NCBI GenBank assembly: GCA_038204425.1
Contig: JBBRCZ010000001.1
Location: 480,001-544,000, forward strand
Direction: 5' to 3'
Source of the DNA: Spirochaetia bacterium
GTDB taxonomy: Bacteria; Spirochaetota; Spirochaetia; DSM-27196; Salinispiraceae
DNA: 64,000 nucleotides
The notes beneath the pieces were generated by a model. That model ran no database searches and was not told where the DNA came from. It saw nothing but the letters and a program-made list of their open reading frames with translations. Position numbers and translations under genes: made by a program. Positions within the stretch are counted from its first letter, which is position 1. Every line of letters starts with the position of its first letter. Shown here piece after piece: positions 39,073 through 50,435 of the stretch.

Positions 39073-39528
39073 CTAAATATTGTTGTAGGGTGGCTTTTTG
39101 ATGACTTGCAATCCTTGCGGACTTATTTCCCGATAGTAGCAGCCATGTTGAGCCTTCCCATCCGCCTTCAGCGCATGGCAGGCACCGTCACCTTCTTGAA
39201 AAACTAAGTACAATAGAGAGTTTTGCTCGCAGTTTATGCGCGTCTGAAACACTTTGAGTCGATTGCCGCTAGACTCACCTTTTTTCCAAAGTGTTTTTCG
39301 ACTTCTACTCCAAAAACAGATATAGCCGCTTCTCTGAGTTTCCAAAAAAGCCTCTCGGTTCTGGAAGGCCAAAACAATGACTTCTTTTGAGTCTTGGTCT
39401 TGGCAGACCACTGGAATGAGTACTTTTCCATCGCCTCCAAAATCCAAGCGAAGTTCTGCCTGGTATGCTGGGTCTAGTTCGGTAGCAAGGCCTTGTATTA
39501 ACTTGGATTGACTTTCGTTTGGTTCCAT
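39073..39528 (-). CDS. hisI: Phosphoribosyl-AMP cyclohydrolase
   Basis: FWSRSRKTLWKKGESSGN, NCEQNSLL, GACH...CYYR. Confidence 0.9.
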   Translation of the reverse strand: MEPNESQSKLIQGLATELDPAYQAELRLDFGGDGKVLIPVVCQDQDSKEVIVLAFQNREAFLETQRSGYICFWSRSRKTLWKKGESSGNRLKVFQTRINCEQNSLLYLVFQEGDGACHALKADGKAQHGCYYREISPQGLQVIKKPPYNNI

Positions 39529-39546
39529 TATCTCATCCTCTACCTT

Positions 39547-40311
39547 TTAATGAAACAACGCACTTAGACACCAAGCCGTCATTTCACGTGCCGCTTGTCC
39601 AGTTCTCCATAGACTCTGACTTGACGGTAGCAGAAATGACGGAAAACTTAAAGTCTCAGATACGTTGTCAACAATGTACCAAGAAAACTGGTGCTCGCTT
39701 ACTTGGTTTGCTATTTCAAAGTGCAACTGAGCTCTTCTTGCATGGAGAGCCGAAGTAATAATTAGCGCCCTAGAAAAATTGCGTCCTTTCATGATTGAAA
39801 CAACGTTTTGCGCGTTCTCAGCAGTATTTCGCGATCTTGCTTCCAAAAGCAGCTTGTCTTTGTCCATTCCAAGTTGCGTATACCAGCGGGCCATCACAGG
39901 TGCCTCAAGCGCCAGAGGATCTGCAAGTGATCCACTACCTCCTGAGAGCATAACCAAGGGAGCATAACCAAGCTTTTGCAGGCGCATAGCTTCATACAAA
40001 CGCTCTGCACTCTCACCAGTTTTGATTTGAACCGAGCTTTGCCCAGGGTCTACGCTCCCGCCGAGCACCACAATTACATCGTAGTGAGTATCGGCCATGG
40101 GTAGTTCAGAAACAGGAAGCTGCCAGTTGAGCATCAAACTAGCCCAGATTGGCGTTGAAAACAGATAGCACAACGCAAGCAAGATGCCTATCACGATCTT
40201 TTGTTTGGTTTTTAGATGTTTCTTTGTTTTAAAAAAAAGAAAACACGCCAGAACTATAATCCACAACACCGGATCCAAAAGCCAAGCAAGGACCTTGCTA
40301 ACAAAAAACAC
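39547..40311 (-). CDS. YdcF/ElyC (DUF218) family protein
   Basis: IVVLGG, SGGSG, EARSRNTAENA, ITSALHARRA. Confidence 0.88.
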   Translation of the reverse strand: MFFVSKVLAWLLDPVLWIIVLACFLFFKTKKHLKTKQKIVIGILLALCYLFSTPIWASLMLNWQLPVSELPMADTHYDVIVVLGGSVDPGQSSVQIKTGESAERLYEAMRLQKLGYAPLVMLSGGSGSLADPLALEAPVMARWYTQLGMDKDKLLLEARSRNTAENAQNVVSIMKGRNFSRALIITSALHARRAQLHFEIANQVSEHQFSWYIVDNVSETLSFPSFLLPSSQSLWRTGQAAREMTAWCLSALFH

Positions 40312-41027
40312 TATGGTTGAACTGGGCTGATATCAAAGAAGGCGGCTCCAGGAAGATTGCGAAGATCATCATGCCACAACACGAGCACATACCATGCGTT
40401 GTCCTTAATTACGGTTAGGCCCAAAGCTTGGCTATCTCGCCCAGAGCTGTAGTAGTAGTTTAGACCGTTAGGCATATCTGGAAGTGACCAAAAAGCGCCG
40501 TAGTTTCCATTCGGTACATCTATAAAATTTGTCCAACCTGGGCCAAAATCCTTGGCATACGCTACAATACCAAGGTTATAACTGGTCGCTACCTGCAGGT
40601 CAGGTATGGATCGACCCGTGGCGTTGAGCACCAATAATCTTGCTTTGTTGGAAGCGGGAGCGCTTAGATCGAATAAGGCAGGCTGTCCGTTGTTTTGCAC
40701 TAAAATCAAATAGTTCCGACCCGCTTCGAGTCGATAATAGAGCACCTTGCCATCCGCGACTTTGTTCTCTTGCCATTCATTTGCGTCTCGAGTTCGGTAC
40801 AATATCGAACGCGGTATCATTGAAGAGAAAACCACCATTTGACTCGCATTGTTAGGGGCCAAGTTGTCGGTAGCAAAAATACCGTCTTTGCCGAGACTAA
40901 CATCAACTGCTTGGGTCCAAAGGTTGACTGCAAAAACCCGAGAAACTGCGCCGGAGTTTTCTTGAGCAAATAGCACCTCGGTCAACAAACAGAGTAAGAT
41001 TACCCACAGCGCTGCCTTAACTTTCAT
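40311..41027 (-). CDS. Exported hypothetical protein (two beta-sandwich repeats, DUF4397-like)
   Basis: Signal peptide and GGAGG RBS; repeated SRVFAVN / ARLLVLN segments. Confidence 0.55.
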   Translation of the reverse strand: MKVKAALWVILLCLLTEVLFAQENSGAVSRVFAVNLWTQAVDVSLGKDGIFATDNLAPNNASQMVVFSSMIPRSILYRTRDANEWQENKVADGKVLYYRLEAGRNYLILVQNNGQPALFDLSAPASNKARLLVLNATGRSIPDLQVATSYNLGIVAYAKDFGPGWTNFIDVPNGNYGAFWSLPDMPNGLNYYYSSGRDSQALGLTVIKDNAWYVLVLWHDDLRNLPGAAFFDISPVQP

Positions 41028-41101
41028 GTAAACCTCCCAGCAAAAAGCCTTAGTTTTAGACTAAGGGATATTTTGGAGACTATCAAGTACTTAGTAAAGT
41101 A

Positions 41102-41554
41102 TCATCTAACTTCGAAATTTGCGTTGTTTACGGCCTTGTCGATCACAAGCGAGACTTCATCAAATGTAGGGCCCCTAAAGGCGTGTCTAGTGTTTTTTGA
41201 AAATCCCCAAGCTTCTGTGGGGCCAAAAAGCCCTATATCTATTTTTTTGTTGCCATTGCTGTCCAAAAAAGCCTTGAGAGCATAGGTACCCTTTTTTACG
41301 CCGACAAAATTGTACCTGATCCGATAACGCTTGTCTGCCAAAAGCACTGCATCGGGGCCAGGTACCACAAATTGCAGCCCCAAGAGCTGTGGTTTGTCGC
41401 CGTCAAAACTGTTCTTGTCAAAAAGGGCAATATAAAGAGTGCCACTGCCCGTTACGAGCACATCGCCACCCAGACTCAACGTGGTCTCCTGAGCAAAAAG
41501 ACTAGGCAGACAAACAAGGCATATGAACAGTCCGACATTTAATAACTTACGCAT
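41102..41554 (-). CDS. DUF2141 family exported protein
   Basis: GTYALKAFLDSNGNKKID..FGPTEAWGFSKN...GPTFDE. Confidence 0.88.
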   Translation of the reverse strand: MRKLLNVGLFICLVCLPSLFAQETTLSLGGDVLVTGSGTLYIALFDKNSFDGDKPQLLGLQFVVPGPDAVLLADKRYRIRYNFVGVKKGTYALKAFLDSNGNKKIDIGLFGPTEAWGFSKNTRHAFRGPTFDEVSLVIDKAVNNANFEVR

Positions 41555-41623
41555 GCAGTTGAGTATAGCTCAACAAAGACATTCTTACTCGCCAAAAACA
41601 AGCTTTTATGCTATCAAGTGTCT

Positions 41624-42283
41624 ATGAGACTAACCAAGCAAACCTTAGCCAGCATGGCTTTTGTGTTTATCAGCGCAGTTATGACCCTAACATGGTCATG
41701 CAAAATTGACGAACAACACCTCAAAGATGAGCTACTTTCTACTATGCAAGCAGATGAGCTGCTGTATTTTTCCGAGTCAGTGCAAACAAGTGAGCACGGC
41801 AGTGACTTAAACAAAGCCGCTCGTGAAGCCGCTCGCCGAGGGCACATCGGCGTGCTGTCCTGGTTAAAAGCAAAAGGTGCCGATCTCAATCGTTCAGACG
41901 CAGAGGGCTGGTCTCCAATTCTCTATGCAGCGGAAAACGCACAACTTGACACCCTACGCTACCTGGTTGAGAAGGCAGGCGTCGATGTTCGCGCTCGCAG
42001 CAAAGGTCGTCAAACGGCTCTCATGCTGGCGTGTTTGGGTGGACAAACCGATGTTTGTCGCTATCTTCTTGATCGCGGTGCCAACCTCAATGCACGCACC
42101 CTCCAAGGAAGTACGGCACTAATGTATGCAGCGGCCTCAGGCAAACTTGACTTGGTGCAAATGCTGATAGAAAGTGGCGCGGACAAACAGGCAAGCGACT
42201 TACAGCAACGAACAGCACTGTCTTTTAGTAAAAATGAGACAGTCAAAAACTATCTAAGTTCCCAAGGACTAGTGCAGCCTTAG
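41624..42283 (+). CDS. Ankyrin-repeat lipoprotein
   Basis: Lipobox-like TWSC; repeats GWSPILYAA, TALMLAC, TALMYAA. Confidence 0.88.
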   Translation: MRLTKQTLASMAFVFISAVMTLTWSCKIDEQHLKDELLSTMQADELLYFSESVQTSEHGSDLNKAAREAARRGHIGVLSWLKAKGADLNRSDAEGWSPILYAAENAQLDTLRYLVEKAGVDVRARSKGRQTALMLACLGGQTDVCRYLLDRGANLNARTLQGSTALMYAAASGKLDLVQMLIESGADKQASDLQQRTALSFSKNETVKNYLSSQGLVQP

Positions 42284-42355
42284 ACTTAACATAAACAGCT
42301 TAGATACCACGTCTTGCAGGCCAGTTAAAAGTACCTTAAACTTACTGCTCAGGAG

Positions 42356-45313
42356 TTGACCTTGCCGCTTGTCACCCACGTCAGTGATTCAGAAAGCAAA
42401 TCCAATCTCTTGGTTGTTACCTTTTTTGTTCTCTTTGTTGCAATCCTTGCAATCGGTTTTGGCTTGGTTATTTTTCCGAAGCATAGCAAAATTAGTGCGG
42501 ATAATCCGGTGTCTGGCCTAGTAGACGCTAGCAAAATCAATTTTGGCGACAACCTAGTCTTAAGCCTTGATGCTAATTGGCTCTTCACTGCCAACCGTTT
42601 GGTTGATCCAATGCAGCTAAAATTTCCACCGACGAATACTAGGCTTATTGATTCTCTTGATGATATTATAACCCTCCAAGAAAATACCATTTCCTTTTTG
42701 GTACCGGGATCGTGGGATGACGTATCTGCGGTTCAACAAACCTTGGGAATAGCAAGTTACGCTCTAAGGCTTGTACTTCCTACCAAAAGACCAGACTTTC
42801 TCTCACTTCGTTTTCCGGCTTTAAATGGTGCAAGCATAATTTTCATAAACGGTGAAGCGCGCTACTACAATGGAGTTGTTTCAGAATCCCGCGACAAATA
42901 CGAAGCGCGTGCTATAGCACGACAAGTAATCATAAAACCAAATAGTGATTTTATTGATATTGTGGTTCATCACGCCAATTTTTCCAGTGTACGTCCGGGT
43001 ATCCTTGAGGCTCCCGTTTTTGGTGCCAGCGATAAGATTGCTCAGATTGTTACTATAGAAACTGCTTCTACCTTTGCACTGGTTTCCAGCTTGTTGATTC
43101 TTGGTATCTACTTGTGCAACTTCTACGCCTTTCGTCGCCGAGAACCTGCAACCTTTATTCTTGGCGTCTTTTCTTTGATAATTGGGGTCAGATCTTTTTT
43201 TGTAAACGCCTTTGGACTTGAAGCTGTAGTTACGCTATTGGATTGGGAAACTTTTATGAAGATTCCTTATCTGTGCTACTATCTAGCGATACCGCTCTTT
43301 CTGCACTATCTATTTTTTACCTTTCGACAAGAAAGCGCCAAGACGCCCCTCTATATCAGCTATGCAGTAAGTATTTTTTTTGCTGCCTTTACCCTGCTCG
43401 GTGACTATCGTATCTACCACTATTTATTGCCCTTTTATCATGTTTTTAATGCTTTGGCAGCTATCTATGCTATTTATATCGTTGCAAGAGCCCTAAGACG
43501 CCACCGTCCAGGTTCCACCTTATTTGCACTTAGTTTTTTGGTGCTGCTTATCGCCTTCGCAATCGATATAATCTTGGTCTATCGCGTCATAAACCAAGTT
43601 CAATTGTCAGCTCCTGTCTTGCTGTTTTTCTTGCTTGTACAATCGCTTCTTTTAAGTTGGCGCTTTAACGATGACTATGATCGCTCCCAATCCCTATCCT
43701 TAGAACTCAAAAAACTAATTGCGCAGCACGATGAGATCCAAGAAAATCTAGAACACACCGTTCTAGATCGAACCAGAGAGTTAACCAAAGCGCTTGAGCT
43801 TTCCAACCAGGCCAGTCGTGCAAAGAGTGAGTTTTTGGCCAATATGAGCCACGAAATCCGAACCCCGCTCAATGCGATTATAGGTTTTACTGAGCTACTA
43901 GCCGACAATCCTGATGCACAAACTCGTTCTCGGTATCTCGACTTGGTATTATCCGAGGCAAGCAGACTCTTACAGTTAATCAACCAGCTCTTAGACGTTT
44001 CCAAGATCGAAGCCAACAAACTCGTCTTGGAGCACCATCCCTTTGATTTACACGAAATGTTTCAGACACTCGCTGCGACTATGCATATACGAACCCAACC
44101 GGTTGGACTGGCCTTCTTCCTCCACCTCGACGACAATTTGCCACGCTTTGTTACCGGTGATGCACTGCGCCTGCGGCAGATCTTTGACAATCTACTTGGC
44201 AATGCACTCAAGTTTACCGAGCAAGGAAGCATCAGCCTGCATGCCAAACTAATAACTTTTACTGACAAACGACTCGAACTCCAATGCGAAGTTATTGATA
44301 CCGGTATAGGAATACCCTTGGAACGTCAGGCAGCCGTCTTCGAAAGCTTTCAACAAGCTGACACAAGCATGACGCGCTTGTATGGAGGCTCAGGACTTGG
44401 AACCACCATAGCAAAGCGACTGGTTGAAATGATGCACGGCAGCATTAATTTTGAGTCAGCGCCTGGCAAAGGCACCACTTTTAGATTTGTGATTGCCTTA
44501 GATTTGTCGTCTCCAGCTAGCGTTCCATCTGGTCATCTCAAAGATCACTTAACCGAACCATGCTGGATCAACAACCCGGTTTGTCTGATAGTAGAAGACT
44601 ATGAGGTCAATGCTGAAATCACGGCACGTCACCTGCAACATGCCGGTTGGATGGTAAAGGTGTGCAACAACGGCAAAGAAGCTGTAAGTTTGTTTGAACA
44701 AGAACATTTTGACCTCGTTCTTATGGACATCCAGATGCCAATTATGGACGGTCTTGAGGCAACTAAAATTCTGCGATCCAAGTATGCTCGCTCGATTCCA
44801 ATTCTTGGACTGAGTGCAAATGCCTTTGCTGAGGATAGGAAGCGCTGTTTAGAATCAGGCATGAATGGACTCATTCCAAAGCCAACTCGACGCCAATACC
44901 TATTAGAAACCTTGGCCCATTTTGTTCCACCTGGATCATACATTGAGAACAGTCTCATTATTCCTGGACCAAACGACAATGGCAGTGCAAGCAGCTCAAA
45001 CTACCAGTCGCTGCTCCAAGACCTCGGTGGTGACCTATTGGTTTTTCTCACTATTGTCAAAGGTTTTTTAGAGAGCAGCACTGAAAACATTCACACAATG
45101 TACACAGCCTTGAGCCATGCAGATGCTAGTACGCTACATAGGCTGGCTCACGCAACCAAGGGTGGTGCACTAAACGTTGGTGCCAGTTCTGTACAAGAAC
45201 GCGCCAGAGTTCTTGAGCAAAGCGCCAAAAAAGGAAACCTCGACATTTGCAAGGAGCAGCTTTCTCAACTAGAGGAAAGCCTCAATGAACTTAGAGACGT
45301 TTGGGGATTATGA
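42356..45313 (+). CDS. Hybrid sensor kinase (7TM-DISM-like, HisKA, HATPase, REC, HPt)
   Basis: [40 protein letters not shown]. Confidence 0.93.
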   Translation: MTLPLVTHVSDSESKSNLLVVTFFVLFVAILAIGFGLVIFPKHSKISADNPVSGLVDASKINFGDNLVLSLDANWLFTANRLVDPMQLKFPPTNTRLIDSLDDIITLQENTISFLVPGSWDDVSAVQQTLGIASYALRLVLPTKRPDFLSLRFPALNGASIIFINGEARYYNGVVSESRDKYEARAIARQVIIKPNSDFIDIVVHHANFSSVRPGILEAPVFGASDKIAQIVTIETASTFALVSSLLILGIYLCNFYAFRRREPATFILGVFSLIIGVRSFFVNAFGLEAVVTLLDWETFMKIPYLCYYLAIPLFLHYLFFTFRQESAKTPLYISYAVSIFFAAFTLLGDYRIYHYLLPFYHVFNALAAIYAIYIVARALRRHRPGSTLFALSFLVLLIAFAIDIILVYRVINQVQLSAPVLLFFLLVQSLLLSWRFNDDYDRSQSLSLELKKLIAQHDEIQENLEHTVLDRTRELTKALELSNQASRAKSEFLANMSHEIRTPLNAIIGFTELLADNPDAQTRSRYLDLVLSEASRLLQLINQLLDVSKIEANKLVLEHHPFDLHEMFQTLAATMHIRTQPVGLAFFLHLDDNLPRFVTGDALRLRQIFDNLLGNALKFTEQGSISLHAKLITFTDKRLELQCEVIDTGIGIPLERQAAVFESFQQADTSMTRLYGGSGLGTTIAKRLVEMMHGSINFESAPGKGTTFRFVIALDLSSPASVPSGHLKDHLTEPCWINNPVCLIVEDYEVNAEITARHLQHAGWMVKVCNNGKEAVSLFEQEHFDLVLMDIQMPIMDGLEATKILRSKYARSIPILGLSANAFAEDRKRCLESGMNGLIPKPTRRQYLLETLAHFVPPGSYIENSLIIPGPNDNGSASSSNYQSLLQDLGGDLLVFLTIVKGFLESSTENIHTMYTALSHADASTLHRLAHATKGGALNVGASSVQERARVLEQSAKKGNLDICKEQLSQLEESLNELRDVWGL

Positions 45314-45355
45314 CAGCTAGACCCCGGGTGCTATTTGACGGTCGTTGTCTCCAGA

Positions 45356-46258
45356 TTATTCCAAAACAGCATTATTGCGAATAGAAAGCATACGCAATGC
45401 ATCATCGAGTAACACCAACTGGGTAATCATGGTTCTAAACAAGCTATAGTGTGTGCCAGCATCAAAACGTTGCACCTTGGCAAGTAACTCTTGGTCAAGA
45501 CCAACCAAACGAGCATTTTCTCCTTGCGCAAGCGCGCTGTATTTTCTGTACGGGCTGTCTACTATTCTTGAGTAGCCAAAAAAATCTCCGGGACCAAACT
45601 CAAACAGAGTCAGATCCTGATCACTGCTTTTGAGCCCAACCTTGATACTTCCTTCTATTACTATGTAGGACTGACCATCATTGCGGTCGCCCTGAGAAAA
45701 AACTGGCTTACCTGAGCCGATTAAGATACTACGTGAATGATTGAGCATTTCGGGTATTCGCAAACATTTTTTTCTATTTTCCAAAATTATGGGCACGAGT
45801 TGAGGATCAACAATTAGAGGCCTATCAATTGCAAATCGTACTAGGAGTGATAGTACTTTTTCGATCCTTTGTATGGCACAATCGCTTAGCTGATCCAAAA
45901 AACCAAAAGATTTTTCTATTAGAGCAAGAAACTGCTGCTCCTTGATAAAAGCGACAGTAGTTCCGTCCATACTTGCTACAACGCTCGCCAAGCGCGGGCG
46001 ATCCAAAACCAGGGCTGTTTCGCCAAAGAACTGCCCTACTTTGATAAAACCCAAAAGTGCCCGAGCGCCAGGAATGTCCTGAACCACTTTAGCCTCTCCT
46101 GCTAAGAGAAATGCCAGACCCTCAGTGGCAAGCGCACCTTCTTCTACGATGGTCTGCCCTTGAGAGTAGTGAAGTACAGTCGACTCATGTGCCAAAAGTG
46201 TTGCTAGTTCTAGTCGATCCATAAGTCTCAGTCTCGTACCTTGCTCAGGACCCGTCAA
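45356..46258 (-). CDS. Tandem cyclic-nucleotide-binding domain protein
   Basis: GQFFGETAL...PRLASV and GPGDFFG...RKYSA; no HTH or output domain. Confidence 0.8.
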   Translation of the reverse strand: MTGPEQGTRLRLMDRLELATLLAHESTVLHYSQGQTIVEEGALATEGLAFLLAGEAKVVQDIPGARALLGFIKVGQFFGETALVLDRPRLASVVASMDGTTVAFIKEQQFLALIEKSFGFLDQLSDCAIQRIEKVLSLLVRFAIDRPLIVDPQLVPIILENRKKCLRIPEMLNHSRSILIGSGKPVFSQGDRNDGQSYIVIEGSIKVGLKSSDQDLTLFEFGPGDFFGYSRIVDSPYRKYSALAQGENARLVGLDQELLAKVQRFDAGTHYSLFRTMITQLVLLDDALRMLSIRNNAVLE

Positions 46259-46285
46259 GCAAGTAACTATTGTTGTTTCTGGCTA

Positions 46286-47761
46286 CTATTTGACCAGATC
46301 CTTAAGTGTTTGGATTGCTTTTGCAAGTCGTCTTGTTGTTTTCTCCAGACCAAGCAACCTAATGCTTGGCATAAGGGGCGGGCTAGCACTGGTCCCCGTC
46401 AAAACCAAGCGTAACGGCATCAATAGCTGGCCAAGTTTTAAACCCCAGTCTTGGGCAAGTTGGTGAAAATGCGCCTCATTTTGCTCGTCGCTTCGATCCA
46501 AAAATCCAACAAAGGCCGTTTGTGCCTTTTCCAAAATCGCACATACGTCGGCCGTATTCTGTTTTTTGGGTACAATTAGCTCTGGTTTGGATAAATCTGG
46601 TTCTGCAAAAAGAAAACCCAAGACTATTGGTGCATCACTTAGTTTGTGCAAACGATCACGCGCAATAGGCAATGCTTGGCTCAATAGTATCGCGTGTTCA
46701 GTAAGATTTCCCGCAAACAAGCCAGCTTTCTGCATTTCTGGTACTATCAAGTGACACAGTCGCTCATGGTCGAGGCTTCGCAGATAGTGCGCGTTAAACC
46801 AATCGAGTTTTTGATAGTCAAAACTAGCGGGGCTTTTCGATAGTTTTTCCAAAGTAAAGAGTTTTTCCAAATCTTGTTTTTCAAAAAGCTCTCGTTCACC
46901 ATCAAAACTCCAACCTAAGAGTGTAATATAATTGATGATTGCTTCGGGCAGGTAACCGGCCAACCTAAAGTCTTGTGCGCTGGTAGAACCATGACGTTTA
47001 GACAGTTTGTGACCATCTGAGCCCATAATCATTGACAAATGGCAATAGATGGGGGCCTGCCAGGCAAATGCCTCAAAAATCTGGACATGTAAAGGCGCTG
47101 ACGGTAGCCACTCTTGGCCTCTAAGAACATGACTTGTCTGCATAAAATGATCATCAACAACGTGCGCCAAATGGTAGGTCGGAAAGCCGTCACTTTTGAG
47201 AATCACCGGATCAGGGTTAATGTTTTTGTTGGGCCACGCCACCTCGCCCAAAAGAATATCGTTGACCATTGTCTCACCAAGCAAAGCGCCTTTGAACCTA
47301 ATCACATGTTTCTCACCGCTTGCTATCCTGCCAGCCGCCACATTTGGATCAAGATCCCTACAGCGTCGGTCGTAACCAGTAGATGCGCCTCCGTCAGCAG
47401 TTTGTTGCTCACGCATACGTTCCAAGTCTTCGGAACTACAGAAACAAGCATATGCTTTATCGTCGTTGACCAGTTTTTGGGAGTGCGTCTTATAGAGCTC
47501 TACTCGTTGAGACTGGACATATGGTCCAAATTCGCCACCCTCTCGTGGACCTTCATCCAGTTCGATACCAAGCCAAGCAAGGGTCTCATATATATCCTCA
47601 ACCGCCCGATCGTCATAACGCGACTGATCAGTATCCTCAATACGTAGAAAAAACTCTCCACCGCTGGCCTTGGCAAAAAAATAGTTAAATAGTGCGGTTC
47701 TTACGCCACCAATATGTTGAAGACCAGTGGGCGAAGGTGCGTAGCGTACTCGTGTTTTCAT
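46286..47761 (-). CDS. gltX: Glutamate--tRNA ligase
   Basis: RYAPSPTGLQHIGG, LRIEDTD, KLSKRHG. Confidence 0.97.
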   Translation of the reverse strand: MKTRVRYAPSPTGLQHIGGVRTALFNYFFAKASGGEFFLRIEDTDQSRYDDRAVEDIYETLAWLGIELDEGPREGGEFGPYVQSQRVELYKTHSQKLVNDDKAYACFCSSEDLERMREQQTADGGASTGYDRRCRDLDPNVAAGRIASGEKHVIRFKGALLGETMVNDILLGEVAWPNKNINPDPVILKSDGFPTYHLAHVVDDHFMQTSHVLRGQEWLPSAPLHVQIFEAFAWQAPIYCHLSMIMGSDGHKLSKRHGSTSAQDFRLAGYLPEAIINYITLLGWSFDGERELFEKQDLEKLFTLEKLSKSPASFDYQKLDWFNAHYLRSLDHERLCHLIVPEMQKAGLFAGNLTEHAILLSQALPIARDRLHKLSDAPIVLGFLFAEPDLSKPELIVPKKQNTADVCAILEKAQTAFVGFLDRSDEQNEAHFHQLAQDWGLKLGQLLMPLRLVLTGTSASPPLMPSIRLLGLEKTTRRLAKAIQTLKDLVK

Positions 47762-47861
47762 AAGTGCTCATTATAGGCGTAAGAAAGTATTCTCGCAACC
47801 TTGGACAGTTGACTTGTTTAAGCAAGCAACGTAGCATTCCAAAAAAAAAGGAACCTGCTAC

Positions 47862-49148
47862 ATGGATGTCTATAGTTGGATTGCCATCATTGCTTTTGTT
47901 ACGGTTTTTATCCTTATTTCTTTTGAATTGATCAACAAAGCCATTGCTTCATTGGCTGGCGCCGCCTTATTTATGATTTTGGGCATAGTTAAACCTGATC
48001 AAGGCTATCACGCCATAGACTGGAGTGTAGTTATTTTTCTGGTCAGTATGATGATTTTGGTGTCCTTAACCAAACGCAGCGGAGTCTTTGAGTTTATTGC
48101 CATCAAAACTGCCAAGTTTTCCAAGGGCGACCCAATCCGTATTTTGGTACTTATGTCTGTCATCACTGCGCTATCTGCCTCGTTGCTTGGTACAGTTGCA
48201 ACTGTCTTGATATTGAGTCCCGTGTTTATTCTGATAGCCGTAGAACTTGCCATCAGTCCCGTTCCTTTTTTGATTGTAATGGCCCTGTGTGCCAACTTAG
48301 GAGGCGCCGCAACGTTGATTGGCGACCCAACAAGTATATTGATTGGTAGCTCTGCCAAGTTTGGATTTTTAGAGTTTGTACTCAACAATGGTTTTTTTAT
48401 GCTCATTTTGCTTGCTGTCATCCTATTCATTTTGAGCAAATTCTTTAAGAAAAAGATGGTAGTTTCTAACGAACGCAAGGCTCGCATAATGGAGTTTAAT
48501 ACCACACGCATCATTCGCGACAAGCCACTCTTGATAAAATGTTTGATAACTTTAGCAATAGTCGTTTTGGGCTTTGTTTTTGGCGCTTATGTTGGCCTAC
48601 AAGCACCTTTGGTTGCCCTCTGTGGTTGTTTGCTGCTTTTGCTTGCCAGCGAGCGCCATGACATAGACAAAGTTCTACTCGAAGTAGAATGGTCTACGAT
48701 ACTTTTTTTCGTCGGGCTTTTTATCATGGTGCTAGGTTTAGAAAATCTGGGCCTAATAGACAAGCTGGCCACCATTGTAATCCAGTTAACTGGTGGCAAT
48801 TTGCTTTTAACGGCCATATTGATAATTTGGGTATCTGCTGTTGCTTCTGCTTTTGTTGACAACATCCCCTACGTTATTGCTATGATACCGCTGATAGAAA
48901 ATTTAAGCCGTGCCTATGGAACAAGTGAAGTGGCACCCTTGTGGTGGGCCTTGAGCCTTGGCGCAGTTCTAGGTGGCAACGCTACTCTAATTGGCGCAAG
49001 TGCCAACGTGGTTACGGCCGGCATTGCGGGCAAGAGTGGTATTCCGATTAGTTTTGCGAGCTTTGCGCGCCTTGCTGTTCCGTTGGCGTTGGTCAGTTTA
49101 GTCTTGGCAACTGGGTATATTTATATTAGGTATTTTTTGCTTCGATAA
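47862..49148 (+). CDS. ArsB/NhaD (SLC13-like) ion transporter
   Basis: ANLGGAATLIGDP, SAFVDNIP, LGGNATLIGASANV. Confidence 0.88.
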   Translation: MDVYSWIAIIAFVTVFILISFELINKAIASLAGAALFMILGIVKPDQGYHAIDWSVVIFLVSMMILVSLTKRSGVFEFIAIKTAKFSKGDPIRILVLMSVITALSASLLGTVATVLILSPVFILIAVELAISPVPFLIVMALCANLGGAATLIGDPTSILIGSSAKFGFLEFVLNNGFFMLILLAVILFILSKFFKKKMVVSNERKARIMEFNTTRIIRDKPLLIKCLITLAIVVLGFVFGAYVGLQAPLVALCGCLLLLLASERHDIDKVLLEVEWSTILFFVGLFIMVLGLENLGLIDKLATIVIQLTGGNLLLTAILIIWVSAVASAFVDNIPYVIAMIPLIENLSRAYGTSEVAPLWWALSLGAVLGGNATLIGASANVVTAGIAGKSGIPISFASFARLAVPLALVSLVLATGYIYIRYFLLR

Positions 49149-49210
49149 AATGTCAATTGAACTTAGCTGTGGTTAAAATCATTTTGACAAACGGGCCAGT
49201 AGACTGCTAT

Positions 49211-49909
49211 ATGCATCACACCATCGCACAGCCGACAACAAATTCCATCGACGCTCTGTATAGTCAGGAAAAGTCAGACCTTTTGCCACGAGAAAAAGCT
49301 CTAGCATTAGGTATTGACCAACTAAATGATCTGGAACTCTTGCAAAGTATCCTAGGTGCAGGAATCAAAGGGCGGCCGGTCCAAGAATTGGCTCGCCAAG
49401 TGCTAAGCTACTTGAGTCACGAACCCAATGGACCTTCGCTAGAAAGACTTTGTCAGTTGCAAGGCATAGGCAGCGCTAAGGCAATTCTCATCTGTTCCGC
49501 AGTTGAGCTGTGTCGGAGACTCTATTTTCCGCGAAAAACTCGTATACAAAAACCAGAAGATGTTTGGCAAAACGTACGCCACTTTGCCGACCGCGAGCAA
49601 GAACATTTTTTATGTCTGACCTTAAACGGTGCGCACGAACTAATTAAAGTGTGTATTGTAACAGTTGGACTTGTGAACAAAACCATGGTACATCCGCGCG
49701 AGGTATTTGCCCCCGCAATTATAGACAGGGCAACCTCGCTAATGGTTGCTCACAACCACCCTTCCGGCAACTTAGAACCAAGCGCCGAGGACATTGCAGT
49801 AACCAATCGTTTGCGAATGGCAGGGGAAACTTTGGGGATTCAACTACTCGACCACCTTATTTTCTCCAAAACCGCCTATCTTTCCTTTAAAGAACGAGAA
49901 CTACTTTAA
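49211..49909 (+). CDS. radC: RadC (JAB domain) protein
   Basis: LPREK, VHPREVF, AHNHPSG..PSAED, LLDHLI. Confidence 0.92.
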   Translation: MHHTIAQPTTNSIDALYSQEKSDLLPREKALALGIDQLNDLELLQSILGAGIKGRPVQELARQVLSYLSHEPNGPSLERLCQLQGIGSAKAILICSAVELCRRLYFPRKTRIQKPEDVWQNVRHFADREQEHFLCLTLNGAHELIKVCIVTVGLVNKTMVHPREVFAPAIIDRATSLMVAHNHPSGNLEPSAEDIAVTNRLRMAGETLGIQLLDHLIFSKTAYLSFKERELL

Positions 49910-50054
49910 GGTAAAATCTATCACCGTCACTGGTCCATCCGATGTGGTCTTGATTCCTTGGGCCTGCAAAGGCTACAATGCTGAGGACTTCTAGACAGCG
50001 ACCTAAAAATCTGCAGTTTAGTTGGGTAATGTGAAAGACAGGAACGAGGTTGCA

Positions 50055-50435
50055 ATGTCAGATTTAAGAGTACGTTCGGTTGGCGAAGAAGACTTGGGGA
50101 CTATTTTTGACAATGATGTTGAGTTTGACGGCGAAATGCTGCTCGAACTGCCTATTCTAATTCATGGTAAAATCAAAGGTTCCATAAAGAGCTCCAGTGA
50201 CGTTTTTATCGGCGAAGGATCAACCCTAGAAGCCGAAGTCGTAGCCCGCCGAATTAGTATCAAAGGCAAAGCAAATACAAACATGCGCGCGAGTGAGAGA
50301 ATTGAGTTGTTTCGCACGGCCCGGATTCAGGGCAGTCTTCATACTCCAGAATTAATAGTACAAAGCGGCGCCCGCTTCAGCGGCCCATGCACCATGCCAA
50401 TGGGCGATGATGCAACAGGAGACGATGCCAAATGA
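50055..50435 (+). CDS. Bactofilin (polymer-forming cytoskeletal protein)
   Basis: Beta-helix pattern GTIF..DVEFDG...IHGKIKG...GARFSGPCTM. Confidence 0.85.
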   Translation: MSDLRVRSVGEEDLGTIFDNDVEFDGEMLLELPILIHGKIKGSIKSSSDVFIGEGSTLEAEVVARRISIKGKANTNMRASERIELFRTARIQGSLHTPELIVQSGARFSGPCTMPMGDDATGDDAK

